Of a stretch of 20,378 bases of DNA, positions 10,001-18,205 are shown one piece after another. Origin of the DNA: a virus. Taxonomy: Duplodnaviria; Heunggongvirae; Uroviricota; Caudoviricetes; Crassvirales. Location: IMG/VR virus record IMGVR_UViG_3300037280_000040, positions 1 through 20,378 of that record. One strand, given 5' to 3'. A program made the translations under genes and the position numbers. Position 1 is the stretch's first letter. Each line of letters starts with the position of its first letter. The notes beneath the pieces were generated by a model. It had not been told where the DNA came from and searched no databases. It saw only the letters and a list, made by a program, of their open reading frames with translations.

Positions 10001-13000
10001 GAAACAGATGCTCAAGCATACAGGTCATTAAGTTCAAGACGTGCTGTAGCAGATATGGCAGGACAATGGACTTCTCAAATGCAACATACCTATGATAACT
10101 TTAAAAAAGGTACTTGGGATATGCAGGATTTTAATACTTTATGGAATGCTGAGAAACCTTTCTTATATACTCAAACTGAAGTTAATTCAGGAGTAGATGG
10201 ACAAGTTATTAAAGTACCAGTTCAGAATAAAAACTCAGAAACATTATTATTAATGATGGGTCTAATGGGTAAATCTCCTGAACTAAGTGCTTTAGAAGAA
10301 TTTATGGAAAAGAATCAAATTGATGTAGTTCAATTTGAATCAGCTGTTAAAGAAGGAGGTCAAGGTAAAGTAAATATTAATGACTTAGGTACTAAAGAAA
10401 CTATATTAGACAGACTTACTTCTAAAATGCAAGAACCTGATACTATTCATGAATTAAATTATGAAGATTATGGTATACAAAATACTGTTCCTGAGCATTT
10501 AATGGATAGTGAAGCTTTATATGGTACACAGATTAGAAAATTATCTATGGCTGATATTTCTGATGACCTTAATTTTAGATTAAATCTAGATATGGGTGAT
10601 GGTACTTCTAAACAATTAACTAAGAAAGAAGCTTTAGATTTATACAATCAATTACATGTTGATAATATAGTTGATTCATATAAAGAAGCTAAAACTATAT
10701 TTGGCAGTAATCAAGAGATTGAGAAACTTTTATTAGAAGAGGTAAAAGGTAGTAAAAGGTTTGGTATTGATATGGTAAGAGCAGTAACTCTTAATGATAA
10801 AGGAGAATTTACTATACCTTTAAATGAGCCATCTCAAGCTTTAAGAGTTCAAAGTTTATTAAATTCTATTATTAAAGATAGAATCACTAAACAGAAAATG
10901 AATGGTGGTAATGCTGTACAAGTAAGTGATTTTGGATTAGCTGATGATTTACATATAGTATTTGAAGGAGAAGGTGCTGACAAGAGAATTAAACATTTTG
11001 AATGTTATATGCCTTGGTACTCTAAAAGATACTATGAGCCACTTATAGATTCTAAAACTGGTACTTTAGATATTAATAAATTACCTGAAGGACCTGAAGG
11101 AGATGAGTTAAGGAAATTAATTGGTTATAGAATTCCTACTGAGGATAAATATTCAATGACTCCTCTTTATATTAAAGGCTTTTTACCACAGCAATTAGGT
11201 GGAGCAATTATGCTTCCAAGTGAAATAACAACTATTTCAGGTAGTGATTTTGATATTGATAAGTTATTTTTAATGATTCCTAACTTTGAAGTTACTCATA
11301 AAAAAGCTGAAGCTAATGCTATAAAAGCTTTATATGGTGAATTAAAAAATAGAGAAGAATTTAAAGGTAATACTCCTAAAGAGATTAAAGATAAATTACT
11401 TACTATAGTTCAACAAAAGATTAATGGTGAACAATTTACTAAAGGTAGTATTGAGGATAGAGCTAGTTACTATTTAGACCAAAATAAAAGTAGTATTCCT
11501 ATGGAACCTACTGCTCAAAAAGTAAAATATAATTGGGATATAGGGTCACAAAATAATAGTAAAGAAGCTAGAGATAATATGTTACAAGATTTAACTAGGT
11601 CAGTATTAACAAGTTCTGATACTGCTAGTAAAATGCTTAATCCTGGTGGTTTTGATTCATTAAAATCATCTGCAAGATTAGTAACATTATTGGATAATAT
11701 GCCAGTAAATGAATTAAGAGACCTAGCTAAGTCACATGGATTTAATCATCCTTATGATTATTTAAAAAGTTTAACTCTTGAAGAAGCTAGTGATTTAGCA
11801 TCTAAATATAAAGAACCTCTTAATATGTTAGACCCTAGAACACAAGTTAAATTACATCAAAGAAATATGAATGCAGCTAAATTGATTGGTATATTTGCTA
11901 ATCATAATGCTAATCATGCTTTAATGCAACATACAGAACTTGAGTTAACTAGAGATAATCATTATACTGATGCAGAAGGAAATGTAAAGACAATTAATGG
12001 AGGTGCTTACACTTTAAATAATAAGAATAATACCAGTCTACATGATATAAAAGCTGCTGATGGTTCATTTATTTCTAGGAATATGGCTGTACCTTTAGCT
12101 GCTTCTGTAGATGCTGTAAAAGACCCTGTATTGAGTGACCTTAATATGAATACTTTTACTGCTGATTTAGCATCATTCTTAATTAGAAATGGTCATAGTC
12201 ATGATACAGTGTCTTTATTATTAAGACAACCTATCATTAGAGATATTACTACTGAGTATTACAATAGAGTAAAAGAAGGAGATAGAAAAGATGATATTAT
12301 AGATGATGTACTTAATAGATATAATGAAAATTCAGACCCTAGAGTAACAGAAAGATATAAGAATCAATTATTCTTAGATAAAGATATGGCAATGGCTATT
12401 GCAGTATCTAGAGAAGCTAAAGCTATGACTGAAGAAGAAAGAGCTCATCATTCTGATTTAGATATTAGAAATTACTATAATAATCAAATAAATGTTGGAT
12501 ATTTATTTAAACATTTGATGGCTAATGGTGATATTTTAGGAGATTTAGTAAATGCTACTAAAGCTGATACAAGTAATGGTGGAGCTGGTCCAACTAATGC
12601 TGATACTTTAGAGAAATTAAGAAAAGTTGATGATTATTTAGATAAGATTACTCCTAGTCCTGAAACAGTTCCTTTAAATAAAAGGAAAAGAATCTTACTT
12701 AATAATGCTCATGTAGTAGATAATAGTTTAGATTTTAATAATCCTGAAGAATTAAGAAGTAAATTATTAGATAGTAAATTACCTTATATACAAGCTTTTT
12801 ATTCATTAGGTCTAAAAGAATCACAAACTATGATGGGACAACATTTTCCTACTTTTAATCCTGAATTTAAAGCTGTATTTAATCAATTTGCTGATATTAC
12901 TAAATCAGGTAAATTAGATGCTAAAACTATTAATAATATCCAAAATGATTTATATGCATATATAATGACTGGTAAGAGATTTTTAGGAGGTAGCAATGAA

Positions 13001-14101
13001 GAAATGAGAGCTAAAAGAAATGCTTTTATTAATGAGTTTATACCTGAATATACTAAGATTATACAAAATAATCCTGATATAGCTAAATTAGATATTATTA
13101 AAGCTTTACAAGTACAGAAATCATCTGATATAGATGGATTAACTACATTAATATCAAGAAGTGTGGGAGATTTATCTCAGGCAGCTAAAGAGAATATTAC
13201 TAATAGTTGGACCTCTTTATTTTATATGGGAGAACAAGGACAACAGTTAGCTATGAATTTATTTCAATATGCTTTTTATAGAAATGGTTTTGCCTTTAAT
13301 AATAATAGTTTTATGCATTTAGCTCCTACAGTTATTAAAGAAGCAGCTCCTGAGTACTTAAATACTATTAGAGATTTAGCTAGACAAAATGTTCCTAAAG
13401 ACCAAGTTGATACTATTTATCAACACTTTATGTTACAATATTTGAGAAATCATAGTGATAATAGAAGGTTTGTACCTAGTATAGACCCTACTGAATCAAG
13501 AGCTAATATCTTTAATACTAATAAAGAATTAAATAATAATTTTACTATTACTGTAGATAGAAAAACCTCTTCATTAGAAGATAAAAAGTTTACTTCAGTA
13601 AATAATGACCAGGAAATTAGATGGGTTCCTTTAGTATCTATTCCTTATAAAGGTGGAGAGGAATTATTTGTTAATGATAATTATTTAGATGATAGTAAAA
13701 ATGGAAATGATACTGCTACTTATACTAGAATTGACCCATTAGGAGCTAAAAATAATTTCTTAGAATATGAAATGGACACTCCTCATAATGAGATAAGTTC
13801 TGTTATTAATAGAGATGTAAAAGCTCCATCAATAGACTCTAACTCTTATTATAGTGAATCTGATTTAATACCTGATTTTGATGAGTATAAAAAGAATAAT
13901 CCTCAACAGTTTGAAGAAACTCCTAGATATACTGAATATGACCAAATTAAGAAAGAAGAGGATTCAGCTAGACAAGCAATTGAGCAACAATTTGGAGAAG
14001 GTTCTACTAAAGATATTTCTGATAATATAGATGATAAGATTAAAGATTATTATAAAGACCAAGAGTATAAAAGAAGATTAGAAGAAGATAATATTTGTTA
14101 A
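7043..14101 (+). CDS. Virion-packaged single-chain DNA-dependent RNA polymerase (two-barrel/DPBB, crAss-like, phi14:2 gp66 type), 2352 aa
   Basis: Catalytic DxDxD motif in GSDFDIDKL (D1402/D1404/D1406, nt 11246-11260), preceded by GYRIP (R1363). Upstream conserved-looking blocks TDAQ (D989), QNKNS (K1063), FESAVKEG (K1103) and GTQIRKL. Size and motif position fit crAss-like vRNAP. Confidence 0.92.
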   Translation: MASCITLTGKNLELATDVSNELGYKLPFIGAKLNSWISANNEQEAIDKGEYRLPSKEELINHIKSTTGDYISSTFVHNIEEVSAIDKVHKVYDPQTKIDRSVLVSNMFTRVVDNLQRVNPDLSREEVINKETPQGIFNAVKSSFEKSLTIEGLDPRRAAEFKKVLDNFSGLAELSTSYLKITEGLKFDVNSLKIAKANLSADPSDQGEIVEPSNTQSFKEEQVKDGWMINFRHLSANESLSQNVRRVLSNIVKNGFDGEPEVDDLGFERHIPADYAFNSLMRKLSGMTKDTHLMPMLEELATKKSWVYDIIDTIADIDGNHSKEQLDLQSQFYSNFRKDFVPLWIQKPFINAAGNIGYKTVQINATQGVGHLLSEIRDNYESGTRLTSNAIYNTDGRINKENIDANLVKTNNLLKEYKGLELLAKDTSEVHNEILGAWIEKNISSIQDLSKSIGIDIDTDTLNQALTYTMHDDSAKLKLTPSVEGYLDTLRGIFANVKSGEKDELGNESRIDLKAQSKSIGSLAEKLANVADDSIESSVNENGKSHYSHLVPSYIGKLIKNFQISHGNMTDFKEFIGTEFAKYNWFYDAEKKQFRGDWLRQLADLGDEGTNARNLLQRKSLLHFDNVSYSDLTETDYTLALINEYFSDSTNKSAYYHVPILADAPSAEFIKFKKYIDGNLTPTGSYKEHLLNQFVELANQELDRITLVNNRKPLIADGTVKEIDNFDKNGNKFQFFPKLNDIIDKIKDLAASGEPLAGEKINRLMRDTIESSINESFDKRLKEWDEMGLFETKSKEDNTLKILETPNARRLVRGKELGDIQGATKADLENYFWNSFHATSQIIQLTTTDMAYYKSIEDFQKRNKQIYAPAIRLNTKSQYGRTVERTMYLKDHEIASRNLEHIDTILESKIKSKNNPTGTITPLNKANIMAQFGGANLWTKTVDGKVVSISRDEFNSIKNNKTLQPQSFYSVKVDGKTYKSVTKSVNETDAQAYRSLSSRRAVADMAGQWTSQMQHTYDNFKKGTWDMQDFNTLWNAEKPFLYTQTEVNSGVDGQVIKVPVQNKNSETLLLMMGLMGKSPELSALEEFMEKNQIDVVQFESAVKEGGQGKVNINDLGTKETILDRLTSKMQEPDTIHELNYEDYGIQNTVPEHLMDSEALYGTQIRKLSMADISDDLNFRLNLDMGDGTSKQLTKKEALDLYNQLHVDNIVDSYKEAKTIFGSNQEIEKLLLEEVKGSKRFGIDMVRAVTLNDKGEFTIPLNEPSQALRVQSLLNSIIKDRITKQKMNGGNAVQVSDFGLADDLHIVFEGEGADKRIKHFECYMPWYSKRYYEPLIDSKTGTLDINKLPEGPEGDELRKLIGYRIPTEDKYSMTPLYIKGFLPQQLGGAIMLPSEITTISGSDFDIDKLFLMIPNFEVTHKKAEANAIKALYGELKNREEFKGNTPKEIKDKLLTIVQQKINGEQFTKGSIEDRASYYLDQNKSSIPMEPTAQKVKYNWDIGSQNNSKEARDNMLQDLTRSVLTSSDTASKMLNPGGFDSLKSSARLVTLLDNMPVNELRDLAKSHGFNHPYDYLKSLTLEEASDLASKYKEPLNMLDPRTQVKLHQRNMNAAKLIGIFANHNANHALMQHTELELTRDNHYTDAEGNVKTINGGAYTLNNKNNTSLHDIKAADGSFISRNMAVPLAASVDAVKDPVLSDLNMNTFTADLASFLIRNGHSHDTVSLLLRQPIIRDITTEYYNRVKEGDRKDDIIDDVLNRYNENSDPRVTERYKNQLFLDKDMAMAIAVSREAKAMTEEERAHHSDLDIRNYYNNQINVGYLFKHLMANGDILGDLVNATKADTSNGGAGPTNADTLEKLRKVDDYLDKITPSPETVPLNKRKRILLNNAHVVDNSLDFNNPEELRSKLLDSKLPYIQAFYSLGLKESQTMMGQHFPTFNPEFKAVFNQFADITKSGKLDAKTINNIQNDLYAYIMTGKRFLGGSNEEMRAKRNAFINEFIPEYTKIIQNNPDIAKLDIIKALQVQKSSDIDGLTTLISRSVGDLSQAAKENITNSWTSLFYMGEQGQQLAMNLFQYAFYRNGFAFNNNSFMHLAPTVIKEAAPEYLNTIRDLARQNVPKDQVDTIYQHFMLQYLRNHSDNRRFVPSIDPTESRANIFNTNKELNNNFTITVDRKTSSLEDKKFTSVNNDQEIRWVPLVSIPYKGGEELFVNDNYLDDSKNGNDTATYTRIDPLGAKNNFLEYEMDTPHNEISSVINRDVKAPSIDSNSYYSESDLIPDFDEYKKNNPQQFEETPRYTEYDQIKKEEDSARQAIEQQFGEGSTKDISDNIDDKIKDYYKDQEYKRRLEEDNIC

Positions 14102-14119
14102 TATAAAAATAAAGAGTAT

Positions 14120-17100
14120 ATGAGTGAAGCATGTAGAATGATTCCCCCAAGAAAAGGTAGTAATGAGGATAGTAAGTTATTTAAAGACTTACTATCCTAT
14201 ACTAATGATAGGGATTTAAGTTTAAGAGCTAAATATTGGTCAGAATCTAGAGATGCAGAGAAGTATCATTTAGATAAGGATTCTAATGGAGAAGTAAAAT
14301 TAGAAGCTTTAATGAAAAGATTTGATTTAACTAAAGAATTACCAGTATCTAAAATTATAAACAATATAAAAAAAAATATTGGTACTTTAAAATCAGATGG
14401 TTCTAATAAAGTATATTTAACTGAGAAAGAGGTATTTGATAAAGCTTCTGATTTTAATAAGAATAATCCATTAAATGAAAACTATGTAGCTACTTATGGT
14501 AGAGTACCTATTGGAGATAATGGAGAAAAGAGTGGTTTTACTGTTAGAGTAGAAAAAAAGACTCAACTTAATTCTTTAGATGGTAAAAAGATGGAAATTA
14601 ATATGAAACTTAATGATAAAATTAAGGACATATTAACCTCTTATGGTATAGGTATTGGTGGATTAAATGAATTAGATAAAAGAGTAAATGCTACAGGTGT
14701 TACTGACTTTTCTACAGCTACTAAAACTGCTAATGGTTTATTAGAAATAATAAGATTAGCTGAGGGTAAAAAAGGAGAGCAAGCATTACCTGAAGAATTT
14801 GGACACTTTATTATTGAAACTTTGGACCAACATCCTTTAGTAAATAGATTACTTAATTTATTAGCTAAAGATGGTAACTATAAAGAAGTTTTAGGAGACC
14901 AATATGAACAATATGACCATTTATATAATAGTAATCCAGTACTATTAGCTAAAGAAGCAGCAGGTAAATTAATGCATCAAGGATTCCTACAAAGTCAAGA
15001 AGTTAAACCTTCTTTTTTTAAGAATATTTTAGATAGAGTTATTGCTTTTACAAAATCTATGTTTTCTTCTAAAAATAAAGAAGGATTAAGTACTGAGTTA
15101 TCTAAGAGTATGGCTACTTTAGAGTCTAGTTTTAATAGTTTAGCTACTAATGTACTTGATGGTACTATGAATAGATTTATTGATATAGATCATGCTACTT
15201 CTCATACAACTAAGCTATATGAGGTAGCAGATACAATTGATAAAGATAGAGATTCATTGAAAAAGATTATAGAAATTGAAACTAAAAGATTATCTATATT
15301 CAGTGCTAGAAAAAATGGACAAGGTTTTGATGATGCTCAGAGAATAATGCTTTCTAAATTAGAAGCTGATTATAAGGGACATAAGGAGTTAGAAGGTATT
15401 TATACCTTTGTAGATGATACTATGGGTAAATTAAAAAGTATTAATCAAAGATATAATGATTTAAGAAACTTAACAGATAGAGACTCTATTAATCAAATGG
15501 CTTCTGTATTAAGAGATGCTAAAGATTTCTTAACTGCTTATACTCCTATATTTGAAGATTTAAGTTTAAGTATACAAGATGCTAATAGAATAGGTGATAC
15601 AAGATTTAAAGATAAAATTGAGAGTAATTTTAATGATACAAGACAGTTATTAATGGGATTACAAGACCAATACTCTGAATTAGCCTTACCTTTATTATCA
15701 AAATGGTTAGAACCTTGGGTAGGTAATTCTTTAAAAACTACTTGGGGTAAAAATAAAGGTAGAGTTAGAAGTTTAATGGAAGTTTTAACTGAAGCAGATA
15801 AAGATATACACTTTATGGACAGATGGTTAAACTCTATGGGAGATTCTAATAACTCAATGTTAAGATTAATGGACCATGCTGTTAAACTTACCAAAGAAGA
15901 GGGTAGAGCTGAACATTTAAATTTGGAGAAAGAACTTAAAGGTCATCAATTAGTACTTGAATCTAAAGGAGTTAAGGGTAATGATTTTATGTTTGAAAAA
16001 GATGAGAATGGTAAAATTACTGGTAGATATATAAGTAAAGTAGATACAAGAAGATTTGCTAATGATTATAAGGTATTTAGAGAAACTATGAATGCTAAAT
16101 ATCCTGAGATAACATCAGAAAATTCAGGTGCTTATAATAATGAAAGAATGGTTTGGGAACATACTCATATTGATAAGATAGGTGGTAAATCATATCCTAA
16201 AGAATCAATGTATGAAAATGCTGCTTTTAAGAATTTAACTCCTCCTCAAAGAGAATATTATAATAAAATCATAGATATAAAAACTAAATTGGATTCTTAT
16301 TTACCTGATAAGTATAGAGATACTTATAAAGCTATCCAAATCAGAAAAGACTTAGTAGAGAGATTAAAAGCTAATCCTTCAGGAGCTGGTAAAGAATTAT
16401 GGGAATCTATTAAAGATAGTATAATGAGACGTGCTGATGATGTAGATTTAGGTCAAAAGAAAGGTGCTCAGACTGATTTTAATGGAGAAGTAATTAAATT
16501 CTTACCTATCTATTATACTCATATGTTAGAAGATACTCATAGTATATCTACTGATGTAACTTCTACAATGACTGCTTATGCAGCTATGGCTATTGATTTT
16601 GACAAAATGAATAAAGTAATTGATACTTTAGAATTAAGTAGAGATTTAGCTAAAAATATGGATATTACTCAGAATAAAAAGGGTAAACCTATTGTAGAAA
16701 AATTCAATTCAATGGGTAGAACTATTGAGAATAAAGTTACTAATAAAGGAGATAATAGTAGAATAATTGAGAGATTAAATGACTTCTTTGATATGCAGGT
16801 ATATGGTCATTATAATAAAGACCAAGGTTCTGTTAATATATTAGGTAAAGAGATTGATGTAGCTAAAGCTGCAAGTACTTTTAATAGAGTTACTTCACTT
16901 AGTATTTTAGGTGGTAATGCTTTATCAGCAGGTTCACATATTGGTCGTGGTATTGCTCAATTAGGTATAGATGCTGTAAGTGGTGAACATTTTAATCTTA
17001 AAAATGTAGCTGTAGCTGATAAAAATCTTAGTTTATTATTACCTTCTTTAGTTTCTAATATTGGTACTAGAGTTAAAACAGATAAATTATCTCTTATTAA

Positions 17101-18130
17101 TGAGAAATTTAATGTAATGCAAGATTATGAGCAACATGCTAGAGATTTAAAAATGGATAGAAATAGTGGTTTCTCTAAATTAATGGGAACAAACTCTTTA
17201 TTCTTTTTAAATAATGCTGGAGTATATTGGATGCAAAATAGACCAACACTATCGTTAATGGATGCTTATAAATTAGTAGATTCTAAAGGTGTACAACATA
17301 GTTTATTTGATTCTTATGAAGTTAAACCTATCATAAAAGATGGTTTAAAAGTAGGAGCTACTCTAGAGTTAAAAGATGGTTATAAAAAACTAGATGGAAC
17401 TGATTTTACACAAAAAGATGTTACTGATTTTACTTTAAAAGCAGGTAAAATTACTAATAAAATGTTTGGTGCATATAATAAATCTGATATGAATGCATTC
17501 CAACATCATGCTGTAGGTAGATTAGTAAGTATGTTTAGAAAGTTTATGGTACAATCTTATAACAGAAGATTTGAATCACATAATTTTGATTATGATATAC
17601 AAGCTGAACAAGAAGGATATTATGCTACTTCAGCTAATTTCTTAAAAACTTTATATCAAGATGTTAAACATGGTCAATTACATTTAGCTACTCATTGGAA
17701 TGAATTAGCTCCTCAGGAAAGAATGAATATGATGAAATCTATGACTGAGGTAGGAACATTTATTGCATTAAGTACAGCATTAGGACTTATAACCTTTTCT
17801 ACTGATAAAGATAGACCTTGGGCAGCTAAAATGCTTGAGTATGAAATGAAAAGATTACACTTAGAAATGGGTTCTATGATACCTATTAATTATCAATTTC
17901 CTAAAGAAGCTATGAAGTTATTAACTTCTCCTGCTGCTAGTATTGATTATGTTAATAAGATATTAGAATTAGGTAATTTTGCTAAATATGGTAAAGTTTA
18001 TAAGAGTGGTAAATATAAAGACCATTCAGGATTTTATAAAGATGTTATGGACTTATTACCTACTAAGAATGCTATTGAGAAATCAATACATCCTGAATTA
18101 GGAATAAATTGGTTTAAAGCAGTTGATTAA
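14120..18130 (+). CDS. Giant virion cargo/ejection protein (1336 aa) with a degenerate zincin-like domain and a C-terminal hydrophobic helix
   Basis: Long intact ORF directly after the RNAP. ALPEEFGHF (E225-E-F-G-H229), then LAKEAAG (E279) and FFKNILDRVIAF, echoing the zincin of the 2065-aa protein. Largely helical. Hydrophobic VGTFIALSTALGLITFS near the C-terminus. Confidence 0.8.
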   Translation: MSEACRMIPPRKGSNEDSKLFKDLLSYTNDRDLSLRAKYWSESRDAEKYHLDKDSNGEVKLEALMKRFDLTKELPVSKIINNIKKNIGTLKSDGSNKVYLTEKEVFDKASDFNKNNPLNENYVATYGRVPIGDNGEKSGFTVRVEKKTQLNSLDGKKMEINMKLNDKIKDILTSYGIGIGGLNELDKRVNATGVTDFSTATKTANGLLEIIRLAEGKKGEQALPEEFGHFIIETLDQHPLVNRLLNLLAKDGNYKEVLGDQYEQYDHLYNSNPVLLAKEAAGKLMHQGFLQSQEVKPSFFKNILDRVIAFTKSMFSSKNKEGLSTELSKSMATLESSFNSLATNVLDGTMNRFIDIDHATSHTTKLYEVADTIDKDRDSLKKIIEIETKRLSIFSARKNGQGFDDAQRIMLSKLEADYKGHKELEGIYTFVDDTMGKLKSINQRYNDLRNLTDRDSINQMASVLRDAKDFLTAYTPIFEDLSLSIQDANRIGDTRFKDKIESNFNDTRQLLMGLQDQYSELALPLLSKWLEPWVGNSLKTTWGKNKGRVRSLMEVLTEADKDIHFMDRWLNSMGDSNNSMLRLMDHAVKLTKEEGRAEHLNLEKELKGHQLVLESKGVKGNDFMFEKDENGKITGRYISKVDTRRFANDYKVFRETMNAKYPEITSENSGAYNNERMVWEHTHIDKIGGKSYPKESMYENAAFKNLTPPQREYYNKIIDIKTKLDSYLPDKYRDTYKAIQIRKDLVERLKANPSGAGKELWESIKDSIMRRADDVDLGQKKGAQTDFNGEVIKFLPIYYTHMLEDTHSISTDVTSTMTAYAAMAIDFDKMNKVIDTLELSRDLAKNMDITQNKKGKPIVEKFNSMGRTIENKVTNKGDNSRIIERLNDFFDMQVYGHYNKDQGSVNILGKEIDVAKAASTFNRVTSLSILGGNALSAGSHIGRGIAQLGIDAVSGEHFNLKNVAVADKNLSLLLPSLVSNIGTRVKTDKLSLINEKFNVMQDYEQHARDLKMDRNSGFSKLMGTNSLFFLNNAGVYWMQNRPTLSLMDAYKLVDSKGVQHSLFDSYEVKPIIKDGLKVGATLELKDGYKKLDGTDFTQKDVTDFTLKAGKITNKMFGAYNKSDMNAFQHHAVGRLVSMFRKFMVQSYNRRFESHNFDYDIQAEQEGYYATSANFLKTLYQDVKHGQLHLATHWNELAPQERMNMMKSMTEVGTFIALSTALGLITFSTDKDRPWAAKMLEYEMKRLHLEMGSMIPINYQFPKEAMKLLTSPAASIDYVNKILELGNFAKYGKVYKSGKYKDHSGFYKDVMDLLPTKNAIEKSIHPELGINWFKAVD

Positions 18131-18145
18131 AACCTTGATGGAAGT

Positions 18146-18204
18146 AAAAAAAAATAAGGGCAAAATTCAGAATGTAAAATCCTGGTTTTGCCCTTATTTT
18201 ATTT
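18146..18204. terminator. Bidirectional intrinsic (rho-independent) terminator between convergent gene blocks
   Basis: Perfect 15-bp inverted repeat aaaataagggcaaaa (18151-18165) / ttttgcccttatttt (18186-18200), extendable by cag/ctg inside the loop. An A9 run at 18146-18154 gives a U-tract on the - strand, and a T-rich run follows on the + strand. It lies between stops at 18130 (+) and 18206 (-). Confidence 0.88.
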
Positions 18205-18205
18205 A

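Noticed and set aside
7043-14101. Self-splicing introns, inteins or homing endonucleases in the RNAP region
   Set aside because: The ORFs are continuous, gaps are 6-18 nt, and no LAGLIDADG, HNH or GIY-YIG motifs were recognised.
7022-14134. Terminal cysteines as split-intein or protein-splicing signals
   Set aside because: There are no HINT motifs, no C-terminal His-Asn and no Cys at position 1 or +1. A disulfide or metal clasp fits better.
2315-15894. Antisense ORFs 2315..2527, 3928..4167, 4507..4761, 9241..9516 and 15538..15894
   Set aside because: All lie fully inside the giant + strand genes. Their Ile/Leu/Ser/Phe-rich composition is the expected reverse-complement shadow of biased codon usage, and they have no motifs.
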